NCBI RefSeq assembly: GCF_028641065.1
Contig: NC_073387.1
Span: 29,884,001 to 29,948,000, forward strand
Source: Leucoraja erinacea
Lineage: Eukaryota
Direction: 5' to 3'
Length of the DNA stretch: 64,000 bases
Shown here: positions 1 through 12,976 of the stretch, in pieces
Numbering within the stretch: position 1 is the stretch's first letter
How the letters are laid out: each line of letters begins with the position of its first letter
Notes under the pieces: generated by a model
What the model was told of the DNA's origin: nothing
Seen by the model: only the letters and a program-made list of their open reading frames with translations
Database searches by the model: none
Made by a program: the position numbers and the translations under genes

Positions 1-1414
1 TTTCCTCAGTATTGGTTTCATCCCAAAAAATCTCATCTCAGTCACAAATGATAAAACTGGATGCACTAAGCATTTGAAAATCTTTCTCCTGAGAGCTAAT
101 AAAAAAGATAACTGTTTCTACTCTGTGCTATTGAGAACATTTTTTCTGTATTTCAGGCAAATACATGGTCATTTTAGCATTGTGTCTTTTGTAACAGCTA
201 GAGGCTTTGGAATTATTGCTGAACAGAGTTGCTTCCCTCGTATAATGTTCTGAAATGTTCATATTGAAATAGAATACTGAAATAGTCTCTTTGGTCCACC
301 CACCAATTATAAAACCTTGTTTCACTTATCCTGTCACTTTAATCTGGTATTGGTATTGGTTTATTCTAAAGCATTTGTTTACATGCTATCCATTCAAATC
401 AAACCATGCTATGCATGAGTACAATCAAGCTATACACAAGTATAAAGGTAGTCCAAAGAGAAAAATGCCAGAATATAGAATATTATGTCACAGTATTATT
501 GTCTTACGGTTACAGAGAAAAAGTCCAAGGTGGAACCATTGAGTTGGGTAGATCGAGGCTACGTTTTGGGCTACGGAGGACAGTTCATGCAATTTACAGT
601 GGCTAATTTACCCAAACGTCTTTGGAGTGTGAGAGAAAATCACATTAATAAGAAACTCATGTGATCACAGGAAGAAAATGCAATCCATAATGACAGACTC
701 CGGTCAGGATCAAACCCAGATCTCTATTCAGTGTTACTGAGACTATTTCTCTGCATTTCAGGGATATTTCTAAACATTTCAGAGGTTCATCTTCTGTAAC
801 AGGAGCCATTAAAAAAATATTCTGCCCATTGATTGGCTTCATGCCAAAGAATCTCATCAAAGGGATAATTAATAGAATGAGATGTGCTAAGCGAACTTGT
901 CAACATGTCCCAGCTAAACTAGTCCCACCCACCTGCGTTTGTTCCTAATCCCTCCAAACCTGTCCTATTCATGTACCTGTATCTTAAACATTGGAATAGC
1001 CCCTGCCTCAACTACCTCTTCTGGCAGCTTGTTCCATACACCCACCACCCTTTGTCTGAGAAAGTCACCCCCCAGATTCCTGTTAATTTTTTTCCCCCTT
1101 CACCTTAAACCTATGTCCTCTGAGCCTCAATTCACATACTCTGGGTAAGAGACTCTGTGCATCTACCCAATCTGTTCCTCTCATGATTATCATCACTTTG
1201 CTGAATCTCCTGTGCTCTTTACTCCCAAAATCTGTGCTTTAGGTCATGAGTTTTTGTTTTGCTAGATCTCAATCTTCATGTGCTTGTAGAACTGTTTTGA
1301 TTCCCTTTAATCCTTGGTGAAATTTCCAATCCAAGAATGCTTTGTGTTTATGGTAAATTATCACTTGGATCTCCATGTAGCTTTCATCACTGCTGTTTCT
1401 GGTAGAGATGCCAG

Positions 1415-2145
1415 TTTAGTTTAGGCATTTAGGATGTTGTCATATACACCAGGGTGCAGTGAAATGTCTTCATTGTATGACGCTCATTGAGTACTGAGTA
1501 TACATGATGATAGATACAATGATAAAAAATACAAATGTGGAACAGTAGAATGATGCAAAGATTGTAATACAATCTGAACTACTGCAAAACAACAAACTAA
1601 AGTGCAATGACAGAATACCCATATAGGTAGATCTAATCGAAGGAGTGCAGGGGATGTGAAAGAGGTATGTGTATGGGGCGATCGAAGCTCCTGCGGTTGG
1701 AGCTCCTGAAGTCGGCCTCTAACCGGGGACCGCGAGCTCCACGATGTTAATGTCCGCAGGCTGCCACGGTTGGAGCTCCGAAGTTAATCCCTTGGCAAAG
1801 GGATCGCCAGCTCTGCGATGTGGTGAGCTCCACAGGCTCTGTTCCGCTAGTTCAGGTTGTGGAACTCACCTAATAAAACTGGATCTCACGTTGACAAGAT
1901 GTTTGGCCGTCAACTTCTCGATGTTTTAGGCTGCTTTTATTGGGGACGTGAGATACGATACGGGTCAAAAAAAAATCGACAGCTCTCCGTTTAGTTCGAG
2001 TTGGTGAAAATAAATTTTTGGTGAAGTAGACACCCCACCCCCACAGGCCCTCACATAGATCTCTAAAACTTACATTTAGCACAACAAAGAAGGAAGGGAC
2101 AGACAGACAGACTGTTGGCGAGGCAGCCATTGCTGGCGCCACCTT
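1415..2145 (-). mobile_element. Non-autonomous GC-rich retroposon (same 5' end as 63063-63800)
   Basis: acagacagactgttggcg...tggcgcc at 2101-2140; cggttggagctcc units; Rex1-like tail with (aaact)n at ~1415-1470. Confidence 0.6.
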
Positions 2146-2154
2146 GTGGGGAAG

Positions 2155-2400
2155 AGAATTAAAGTATTTAGCAACCGGGAGATCAGGTAGGTTCAGGCGG
2201 ATTATGCAAAGGTGTTCAGCGAAACGATCTTGGTCTCGCCTATATACCAGAGTCCACATCCTCCAACAAAGGATGAGTTTGAGGAGGTGCAAGTGAATCT
2301 CTGCCTAACCTGAAAGGACTGTTGGGGTGCCTGGACAGAGTTGAGAGAGGAGGTACAGGGACAGGTGTTACATCTTATTATGGTGCTCCTTTTCCTACTT
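2155..2400 (-). mobile_element. Penelope-like element fragment (GIY-YIG endonuclease)
   Basis: Minus strand reads RCNTCPCTSS..FQVRQRFTCTSSN...CGLWYIGETK..RFAEHL...DLPVAKYFNS. Confidence 0.85.
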
Positions 2401-5400
2401 GCAATGCAGCCGTAACATCAAACAGTAAATTTAGGTCACATTTTGCGATCAATTTTGCAGTTCTGTTCAATGAAACAGTGTATAAATAGCATGCTCTCGG
2501 TGATTGAATTTCCAGGCTAGACCTCCTAATCAGACTCCCTTTGGCTTATTGCCAGGGCTAATGTCAGATGAGAATGGGTGTGGGATCGGCTTGCAATGTC
2601 CAAACTTGACCTTGTGATTTAATATTATTCGCTGTCTAGGTCACCTGAAAGAATGACTGGGATCATCTGTGAAGCTGTGTCCCAGCAAGATTTAGTCTCC
2701 TCAGTTGGATAGAACTGAATAAGTAGAATAGTGCTTTAAAATGATAGTGGTAACAGCAAGTTATTTATTAAAATCTCCAATCAACTAGTCTGTTGTTAAG
2801 ATTACAATAAGAAATGCAGCATTCTCAACTTGTCCCAGCAAGATTAACATTGTAAACTGAGTAGAATTTTTAAATCACAGTAACAGCAAGTTATTTGTTT
2901 CCCCCAAGGCTGTTTGTTAAGATTCTGGGCATCAGAGTCTGACTTGAAGCACTGTGAAACTGATTCTGCAAGATCACAGTGCTGTTTCCCAATAGCAAGA
3001 AGCTCTGGGATCAGAGTATGAGGGGCACCTGGGGGGGGGGTTCTGCAAGATGACTTGCTGCTGGGGGGGGGGGGGGAGAAGAGAGGGGGGGGGGGGGAGA
3101 GAGAGAAATGCAAAAACGGGAGAAAAACAACTGCTGTTGGTAAACAGGATTTGGATACCATCTGAGCCAGGAATTCCTGATAACATATGCCCTTTAAAAT
3201 TCTAGCCATGTAGGGCACCAGTGGGAAATTGGAGAGCATGTTGTTCACAGTATAAGCTTGAATACAAATCTGTTCTCAGGATTTAACAGACAGCATTCAC
3301 TGTGCTACTGTTAGCTATCTCAGAATCATCTCTACACAATATGTTGTAATCACTCTATGGAAAAAAAACAATTATGTTTTTTTTTAGTCTAAAATTTTTG
3401 AATATTATTTTAAAGTGGAATTATTCTGCAAATTCGAATCTTTTAAAGTTTGTGTTTTTTTCATTTGAAAATACAAACCATATATCATGCGGTGAGTGTT
3501 AACCCAGAAATAAATGTTCTCGGGTTAAAATCGCAAGTATTCTTTGCTGGCATTTCCCATTATGTTTTAATTTACCAAGAGCAAGCAAACCACCATAAAT
3601 AGCATTGGGCACAAACTATTAAAGTGGTTAAACCAGAGACGGGTCTTGTGGCATCCACACACTGTCAGTGATGCACGGTAACCATGTGGACAAGGACAAA
3701 ATCAAGAGACTGAAGGCATCAAATTGCAGACTCCCCTCCCCCTAGTACTGGCACTTTCTGAGCCTAAAATAGCACAGCATCAAACATGAGCTGAAGAACG
3801 GTATGCGACCAAGTGCACTCCATACACATTTTCTTAACATTTTTCTCAAATTGCTCTATTGTTGGTATATTGTAAAGCAATTCACATCATGTGCTTTTCT
3901 GTCTTTGTCACATTAATCAACAGCTTTTTAAACAGCACAACACAGGCAGCAGATTTTTATGTTTCTATTATATCTTTGGTGGCATGGGTTGGTGTATCAG
4001 CGCGATTCTAATCTTGTGCCATTACATAGGCATATACTATTTTAGATTTATTTTTGATCCCACTGCTCAAACATGGGAGAGAGCTAGTCTATTTTAACAT
4101 ATCTGATGAGATCCAGCATACGTAAGATCTAATTTTGTTGTCATGTCGTGTGAGTGGTTGCATGCCCAGGGGCAGCACATATCTGTAGGCCCTCTGATTA
4201 ACGTACAACGTGTTGAATGGATGATGGTCGGGGCAAAAAGTGTAATTCTTGTACAACTGGCAACCATCTGATTCTGTCAGATTAGGAGCATTTGTGACCC
4301 CAACAACTAACTTAGGGTGGCTAACTTAAAACTTCACAGCTGAGAGGTTTGTACCACAGGTTTCAACGTTGAACTTCCAGGCAGTTTGCATTTATTTATG
4401 ATCCCATCAGAATAGTTCAAATATCCAGCGCAGAAAATGCCAACCGGGATGAGGACATTTAAATGAGGACTCAGTCTAAATTTAGTGAAATGCAAAACAT
4501 TTAAAAATCGCCACCATTTTTTACTAGGTTTAACGACTGTTCCTCAGTTGTCTTTTGAACACGATGGAACTAATTTGGAATTGATGTCATGAAAGTTGCT
4601 ACTACCCAGAAGCAGAGCTCAGTAAGATGTGGGCAGTGCAGATTATTTGGCTTTAGTTGTTCATATTTATTCATCTGGAGCATGAAAACAAAATGTAGAT
4701 TATCCTTGTACATTAGGCTACGGTTACTGGGTCTGGGGGGTTTGAAGAGAGGATGGATAGCGTGAGTCTTATTTCCCTGAAGCGTAGGAGGCTGATGGGT
4801 GAACCTTAAATCGATATATAAAATCATGAGGAGCACAGATAGGTGATAAGTCTTTACCCCAGTCAAAAACCAGAGGGCCTATGTTTAAGGTGAGGGGAAA
4901 GATTCATAAAGGATCTGAGGGGCAACCTTTTAGAGAGGGTGCCTTCATGAAACAGTGATAGGAAAGGTTTGGAGACATATGGACCAGGTGCAGGCAAGTG
5001 GGACTAGCTCGACTGAGCAACTTGGCTGGCCTGACCAAGTTGGGATGTAGCGCATGCTTTTGTGCAGTGAAGCTCTATGGCTATGACTTAATTTTAAACT
5101 ACCCAGCACTGGGAAATGTTACTTAGATTTTGTGCTGCCATCAAATATTTATTTTCCATTAAGAATAATACAGGATTAACTTTGAAATGAGCCATTATTT
5201 ACAACGAGGATATATTTCATCATATTCTTACTGCTCTTTGGGACAGTTCATTAAAGCCTCTGATCTAGATTAGATTTCCAAATTTGAATTTCTATAAATT
5301 GCAATAATTCAATTTATCCAAAAATAAAAAATTGCTCTCAATCTGCAAAATGCTTTAAATATCTGTAGGTTGAATTTCTTCGTGTTTATTTCATATGTAT

Positions 5401-5479
5401 CTGTGCATTTATTTTCTGATTATTCATAAATTAAATGAAAATTCATAATGTATTGGTGAGGACAAACTTGAGTCCCAGT

Positions 5480-6898
5480 ATACACTCATTCATGGAACAC
5501 CTGGATAAAAGAGACGTCGACATCAGACTCTTATTCATAGACTACGTCTGCCTTTAACAGCATTATACCATCCAAACTGATCACCAAACAAGCAGGACTT
5601 GGAGTCAGCAGTCATCTCAGCAACTGGATCCTCGACTTCCTGACCAACAGACCCCCAACCAGTGAGAATAGGGGGCACATTATCCTCTACTATAATCCTC
5701 GACACGGGTGCTCCGCAAGGATGCATTCTCAGCCCCATTCTTTACTCCTTGTACACCCACGACTGTACAAATCGAATTCAAGTTACAAATTTGCAGATGA
5801 CACCACTATTGCGGGTCGCAAATCAAATAATGATGAGACGGAGTACAGGAAGGAGATTGAGAACCTCGTGACCTAATGTCGAGACAACAATCTTTCCGTT
5901 AATGTCAGCAGGACAAAGGAGTTAGTGATCAACTTCATGAAGCATAGCAGTGCACATACTCTGAATAGTATTGACGGTGCTGAATTAGAGGTGGTAGAAA
6001 GCTTCAAATTCCTAGGAGTAAATATCACCAATAACTACTCCTGGACCACCCATATTGAAGCAATGGCCAGGAAAGCACACCAATGCCTCTACTTCCTTAG
6101 AAGGATTAGGAATTTCGGCGTGTTCCCAACAACACTCACCAACTTCTACAGATGCGCATAGCAGGCATTTTATCAGGATGGTTTGGGAACAGCTCCATCC
6201 AAGACCGCAAGAAATTCCAGAGAATTGTGGACGCAGTCCAGCCCATCACGCGAACCAAACTCCCTTCCATTGACTCAATTTATACCTCACGCTGCCTCGG
6301 CAAAGCCAGCAGCATAATCATGAAGTCGCACCCTGGCCAATTCCTCTTCTCCCCTCTCCCTTCAGACAAAAGGTATAGAAATGTGAAAAGGCACACCTCC
6401 AGATTCAGGGACAGTTTCTTCCCAGTTGTTATCAGGCAAGTGACCCAGCCTACCACAACTAGAGTGTAGGAAGGAACTGCAGCTGCTGTTTTACACTGAA
6501 GATAGACACAAAATGCTGGAGTAACTCGGCAGGACAGGCAGCATCCCTGGATAGAATAGTCTCAACTATTTTTGACCCGAAACATCACCTATCCCTTCTA
6601 TCCAGAGATGCTGTCTGTCCCGCTGAGTTACTCCAGCATTTTGTGTCTATCTACCACAACTAGAAAGTAGTCCTGAATTACTATCTACCTCATTGGGGAC
6701 CTTTGGGCTATCTTTGATCAGACTTTACTGGCTCTTAACTAGCACTAAACCTTATTCACGTTATTCCCTTCATCACGTATGTGTACACTGTCAATGCCCA
6801 ATTGTAATCATGTATTGTCTTTCCGATGACTGGTTTGCACGCAACAAAAGCTTTTCACTGTACCTCGGTACACGTGACAATAAATTAAACTCAACTCA
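5480..6898 (+). mobile_element. Rex1/Babar-type LINE, RT to 3' end, with a Penelope-end insertion at 6464-6650
   Basis: [59 protein letters not shown]; (aactc)n tail. Confidence 0.9.
6464..6650. mobile_element. Palindromic Penelope-terminus-derived short insertion
   Basis: Arms agatagacacaaaatgctggagtaactc / gagttactccagcattttgtgtctatct; 14-bp TSD ctaccacaactaga (6450-6463, 6651-6664). Confidence 0.82.
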
Positions 6899-8056
6899 GA
6901 AGATAATTTTGCTATCACATAATCTTAAGATTCTTACATTCATAGAATCACACAGCACGGAAACAGGCCCTTCAGCCCACTCAGTTCCTAATTAATATTA
7001 AGCCTTGGAATTGTTAATGGTATTAACAATCAAGGGCCTAATCACAAACTTTGTGCTGATATTTTCAGACAAATTTAAGGTATAGATTTAATGAGTGTAG
7101 TCAGGCTACTGGATTATCTCGCTGGACAACTCGTGCCCATCTGTTCTTTTAAGGCTGTCACCCTGGGTTCATTGGAAAACAGTTTTATGGCTCTCCTTTT
7201 TAGTAAATGTAATGCATACAGAACAGAAGGTCCCAGGTTTGATATGCGGAATTTGCATGATCTCATCAGAGGCAGCTGTACTGCTGTTATAGGCCTGTGC
7301 GAGAGAGGGTGACATTTGCATGGATCACTATTCAATGACTTTTGCAGTCACTCGTGCATCGGGACTTGGGGTAAACATGGATAGGCATCATTGACTTTGT
7401 CTGTAACTAATGAATATCCAGCCAACTTAAACTCCCAAATAAACAATAGACCTTTGTGAAAGAAAATGAGGTTGGCTAGTATTCATGGAAGTTTACCATA
7501 TTATGAGTCAGCAGAACAAGAAGTGGGCAGTTATGCATGTAGAGAATGCAAACGATGCAGGGGAATACATGGTAAATGTTAGGAATCCGAGGCCCAGAAA
7601 ACCAGAGGGATATCAGAGTTCATCTCCATGAAGGTAGCAGGGGCAAACAAAGAAAGTGATTTAGGAAGCAAATCGGATCATTTTCTTATGCAATGACAAG
7701 GAACTGCAGATGATGTTTTTTTACCAAAGATAGACACAAATTGCTGGAGTAACTCAGCTCGTTATCCAGAAGCCCTGGAGTACATGGATAGGCATCATTC
7801 ATAAATTCATAAGTCATAGCAGCAGAATTAGGCCATTCGGCCCATCGTCTACTGCGCCATTCAATCATGGTTGATCTATCTTTCCCACTCAACCCCATTC
7901 TCCCCATAACCTCTGACACCTTTACTCATCAAGAACCTGTCAATTTACACTTTAAAAACACCCACAGACGGCCTCCACACCTGTCTGTGGCAATGAATTC
8001 CACAGATTCACCACCCTCTGGCTAAAGAAATTCCTCCTCACCTCTTTTCTAAAGGT

Positions 8057-8193
8057 TTAAGAAGGAACTGCAGATGCTGGAAAATCGAAGGTAGACAAAA
8101 ATGCTGGATGAGACAAAAACTCAGCGGGTGAGGCAGCATCTATGGAGCAAAGGAAATAGACGAAATTTCAGGTCGAGACCCTTCTTCAGACTG
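8057..8193 (-). mobile_element. Penelope-terminus fragment inserted in CR1
   Basis: aagaaggaactgcagatgctgg...gtcgagacccttcttcagactg; aaggt on both sides. Confidence 0.75.
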
Positions 8194-8429
8194 AAGGTAG
8201 TACCTTTTATTCTGAGGCGGTGGCCTCTGGTCCTAGGCTCTCCCATCAGTAAAACCATCCTCTTCACATCCACTCTATGCAGGCCTTTCATTATTTGGTA
8301 AGTTTCAATGAGAACCCCCCTCATCCTTTTAATCTCCAGTGAGTACAGGCCCAGAGCTGTCAAAAGCTCATCATATGATTAGCCCTATCATCCCCGGGAT
8401 CTTTCTAGTAAACATTTAAGAACGAACTC

Positions 8430-9170
8430 CCAAATGTGAAACTATGCGTGTCACCAGAAAGAGGAATCCAGGCGAAACATCTTACAATATACTTGGTACC
8501 ACCCTTGAAGAATCCAAACAAACCAAATGCAGAATGATCTGCGTTGGAATGGTCAGACTCATCATGCAACGGTGAAAGCAACAGGTGTCCTAAACTTTCT
8601 GAGGTGCAACTTTCATCATTGTTCAACTTCTGTCAAGGAGAAGCTATACTTCACCCTCGTTAGACCTCATTTGGACTACGCAGTTGCAGCATGGGACCCA
8701 TACACAAATAAAAACATTTCTTCCATCGAACGTGTCCAAAGACAGGCAGCTCGATTTGTTACTAACACCTATGAGAGAGAAGCGAGTGTCACCAAACTTC
8801 TGAATTCTCTGGGGTGGAACCCTCTCCAAGACAGACGTGAAGCTCACCGTTTGACCTGTTTTTACAAAATGGTCAGCTCGACATAGACTACAAGACCTAC
8901 ACCAAACCCAAACCAATTAGGAGCAGAAGAGGGCATTCGATCCAATTTGTGATCCCAGCTACAAAGACAGATGTGTACAGCAATTCGTTCTTCCCCCGCA
9001 CAATTAAAGCATGGAATAATCTCCACCCAACTATAGTTACCCAACCAGATGCAACTAAATTTAAAGTAGCTCTTTCTTCCCAATAACCCTTTCTGGCTTA
9101 AGCCCTCCCTTCACCACCTCCAGTTTAAATTCCATTTGGAATATTTTGGAGGACCAAGAAACCAAGAAGA
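8430..9170 (+). mobile_element. 3' part of a CR1-group (L2/Crack/Daphne-like) LINE distinct from the local CR1
   Basis: NDLRWNGQ...LNFLRCNF...KEKLYFTLVRPHLDYAVAAWDPY...IERVQRQAARFV, then NSFFPRTIKAWNNL; tail ccaagaaaccaagaa. Confidence 0.8.
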
Positions 9171-9383
9171 AACTGCAGATGCTGGAAAAATCAAAGGTAG
9201 ACAAAAATGCTGGAGAAACTCAGCGGGTGAGGCAGCATCTATGGAGCAAAGGAATTGGTGATGTTTCGGGTCGAGACCCTTCTTCAGACGGAAGAAGGGT
9301 CTTGACCCGAAACATCACCAATTCCTTCGCTCCATAGATGCTGTCTCACCCGCTGACTTTCTCCAGCATTTTGGTCTACCTTT
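9165..9383. mobile_element. Palindromic Penelope-terminus-derived element with two head-to-head hammerhead-like motifs
   Basis: Inverted repeat with ~95-bp arms at 9193-9383, centred near 9288. Confidence 0.85.
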
Positions 9384-9713
9384 CTCGTAAACCTCGTTGG
9401 GACCCTCTCCAATGCTAGCACATCCCTCCTCTGACATGGGTCCCAAAACTGCTCACAATACTCAAAATGTGGTCTGACCAGTTCCTTATAAAGCCTCAGC
9501 ATTACAACCCTGTTTAAATGTCTGTTTTTATATTCTAGTCATCTAGAAATAAATGCTGACATTTGCCTTCCTTACTACTGATTCAACTCGCAAATTAACC
9601 TTTTGGGAATCCAGCACCAGTACTCCCAAGTCCCTTTGTGCCTCCGATTTATGAATCCACTCCCCATTTAGAAAATATTATATGTCTTTATTTCTACGAC
9701 CAAAGTGCACACC

Positions 9714-9976
9714 TTACACCACCAGAGCCTGGGGTATGATCCTGATTATGGGTGTTGCCTGTCTGAACTTTGTACGTCCTTCCTGTGATTGCGTGGCTTT
9801 TCTCTGGGTACTCCAATTTCCTCACACTTTCCAAAGACGTGCATGTTTGTAGGCGTCTGTAAATTGTCTCCCATGTGTAGCATAGAACTGGTGTACAGGT
9901 GATCGTTGGTCAGTGTGGAATCATTGGGCTAAATGGCCTGCTTCCACACTGTATCTCTAAACCAAAATAAACTAAA
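9714..9976 (+). mobile_element. tRNA-derived V-SINE-type SINE with CR1 3' tail
   Basis: B-box-like ggtatgatcctg; central tttgtacgtccttcctgtg...ctccaatttcctcacact..ccaaagacgt; tail gggctaaatggcctgcttcc...ctaaac. Confidence 0.78.
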
Positions 9977-11170
9977 GTCCTTCTGCAGACTCTACATGCC
10001 CCTCCACCTAAAGTATCTTCATATCATCCACAGACTTGCCACATAGCCCTCAATGCCATCATCCAAATCAATACACAATGTGAAAAGTAGCGAACACTGT
10101 CCCTTGCGGAACTCCACTAGTCACCGGCAGCCAACCGGAAAAGGTCCCATTTATTCCCACTCTTTGCCTTCTGCCATTCAGTCAATCTTCTATCCTCCCT
10201 CTAATACCATTGGCTCTCATCTTCAGCAGCCTCACTTTATCATAAGGTCAAGTTCAAGTTCAAGTTAAGTGATAGGAGCAGAATTAGGCCAATCGGCCCA
10301 TCATGTCTACTCCACCATCCAATCATGGCTGATCTATCTCTCCCCCCTAACCCCATTCTCCTGCATTCTCCCCATAACCCTTGACATACCCACTAATCAT
10401 GAATCTATCTATCTCTGCCTTAAAAATATCCATTGAAGGCCTCCACAACCTTCTGTGGCAAAGAATCCACAGATTCACCACTCTCAAAGGCCGTTAGTAA
10501 ATCCAAGTAAACATCATCCACTGACTTGTCTTTGTCTATCCTGCTATTTACTTCAGCAACAAATTCCAACAGATTTGTCAGATAAGATCTCTGCTTCACA
10601 AACCTTGCTGACTTTGGACTTTTTTTATGACATGTTTCTAAGTACTTGGGATCCTCATCCTTAATAATGGACTCTAAAATCTTACCAACCACTTATGACA
10701 GGCAAACCAGACTACAGTTTGGCCCCTTTTGCCTTGCTCCCTTCTTGGACAGTGAGGTAATAGTTGCAATTTTCCAGTCCGCTGGATACACTCGACTCTA
10801 GTGCTTCTTGAAAGGTCTCTACTAATGCCTCCAAAATCTCTAAAGCTACCTCTTTCAGAACCCTGGAACATAGTCCATCACATCTGGTGACTTATCCCCA
10901 TTCAGGCTGGTGTCTTCCGCTACGAAGACTAAAGTATTTGTCCGCCATTTATTTATTCCCCAATACTACTTTTCCAACATCATTTTCCAGCAGTCTAATG
11001 TCTAATCTTGCCTCTCATTTACTCTTTGAAAGAATCTTTCAAAGAGAAACTCAGAAGAAACCTTTGTTATCCTCTTTTATAATATTAGCTAGCTTATCTC
11101 ATATTTCATCTTTTTCACTCTTTTTTCCCCTTTTAGTTGCCTTCTGTCAGTTTTTAAAGCATCCCAATCC
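9976..11170 (-). mobile_element. Degraded CR1 RT region with another CR1 3' end nested at ~10250-10485
   Basis: Minus ORF VGKILESIIKD...SYLTNLLEF...VYLD. CR1 3' UTR with (aacttg)n tail at 10250-10330. Confidence 0.8.
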
Positions 11171-11174
11171 AATC

Positions 11175-11690
11175 GAAGAAGAATGCAGGAAAATGCAGAG
11201 AGTTGCGGATGCAGCTCAGTCCATCCCACAAACTAGCATCTCCACCTCCCCAACCACTCCCTCCCCTCCTCCACCCCACCCCACCATTGGCTTCATCTTT
11301 AGGAAAGCAGCCAACATAATGAAGGATAACTCACACTTTCGTCTTTCCCTCTTTTCCCCTCTCCCATCGGGTAAAATATATGAAAGCCTGAAAACACAGA
11401 CCACGAATCAAGAACAGCTTCTTCTCTGTGGTTCTTAGACTTTTAATCGAATTAAGGCAAGAGTGTATTCCCGATCCTCCAATCTATCTCGTTGCTGCAC
11501 CTGCACTTTTTTAATCTGCTTTTTCTCTGTGGCTGTAACACTGTTTTCCTTTCTCTTTTTGCATTATGTATTCTACGCACGCAGGGTTTGATTGTACACA
11601 TGTAGGCATGTTTTTCTGGGTAGCACCCATCACCGTATCTCAGTGCATGTACTATTATAAACCAATAAATCATCCAGTAAACCAATGAAC
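11175..11690 (+). mobile_element. Rex1/Babar-type LINE 3' end
   Basis: RKMQRVADAAQSI...KAANIMKD.SH...LFSPLPSGK; 3' UTR ending taaaccaat. Confidence 0.75.
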
Positions 11691-12039
11691 GAACTGAGGC
11701 CCAATCACTTCACCAGATTTCCTATTACAATTGAAAGAAGTGCAGAGCATCTCCCTGGTGTCCTGGCCACTATTCACTCCCATTAATCTCACCATTCAGT
11801 CTCATGCCAACATTAACTGCTCAACAAAACTCTAAAAAAATGTAATGCAGTCATTGCTGTTTGGGGACCTGGCTGCACACACACAGGCTGCCATGTTTCC
11901 TACAAAACAACAGAGACATTTCAAACTAAGGCTCGGAGTAACATAAAACAACTTGTTTAATATCACAATGTTTATATCCTGACTAACATGCAGCACCAAG
12001 GAGCAATAAGGTCCTTACAGTGGGGCTGCTTTCCTCTCT

Positions 12040-12600
12040 CACTCTCTTTCTGATTTTCCTCTGATCCTCCCAGTATAATTCCCCTTCCCAATCCCCAATT
12101 CCTTATCACCAGTTTTCACCATTCCCCTCCTCCTCCCCCTCCTGGCTCCATCCACCTACTACCCACATATTTCACACATTATCCCCCCCCTCCCCAACCC
12201 ATACTGGTTCCATCTGGCCTTCATCTCTCCCCTAATGGTTCCCATTATCTCCTTCCTTATTTATCAGGTTCCAGCACTGGTCACTTTTCTGTTCCCACTT
12301 ATCACCCTTTCGCAGCTGTCTCCATCTTCCCCTCCCCCAACATATCTCCATCTACACTTTATTTCTTTGTCTGTTACCATGTGTCGCCCAACTGCCTCTC
12401 CCCCTCCTCCACCCGGCTACATCTCCCGTCATCCTTCACTTATTAACTGCTGTCCCTGGTCGCATGCCTCCTCCTCTCCTCTTTACTGAATATATCCCCC
12501 CCTCCATTCTTAGTCCTGATGCAGAAACATGTCTTGAAATACCAACAATCCCTTTTTCCCTACAGATGCTGCTCGACCTGCTGCGTTCCTCCAGCAGATT
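12040..12600 (+). mobile_element. Degraded Penelope 3' region (pyrimidine-rich) with terminus; similar remnants at 12890-12976 (minus), 52960-53310 and 57230-57325
   Basis: C/T-rich tract ending tagtcctgatg...agatgctgctcgacctgctgcgttcctccagc. Confidence 0.6.
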
Positions 12601-12976
12601 GATGTGTCACTCTAAATTATAGGGCAGACTGGATAGGTTTTCCTTTAACATTACCCGTGGATTGCCTGGAGCCTGGCTATTCCTTATCGGCAAAGCATGG
12701 TTTATTCCAAGAAGGACACAGTTTAAGTATTCTCTTGTGGGTTAATGTATTTCCAGAAAGCACCTTAAATATGCAAAAAAATTCTAACCATAAGAAAGTA
12801 CCAGATATCCATTTTATACCATGTTATTAGTTCCATAAAATATACTGTCAAATGTTCACAAAAGAAAATACATATGAAGGATAATGACATAGATACAAAG
12901 TGTTGGACTAACTCAGAGGGTCAGGCAGCATCTCTGGATAAAAAGGATGGGTAACGTTTTGGATCAGGACCCTTGT

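Larger units (their letters stand above)
7797..9712 (-). mobile_element. CR1 LINE 3' part, interrupted by insertions at 8057-8193 and 8414-9379
   Basis: Minus ORFs LGLYSLE..RMRGVLIETYQI and LYKELVRPHFEYCEQFWDP; CR1 3' UTR at 7800-7910. Confidence 0.88.

Noticed and set aside
3030-3100. G-runs as a G-quadruplex or regulatory element
   Set aside because: Homopolymer runs adjacent to a garbled duplicated segment; likely low-complexity sequence or sequencing error.
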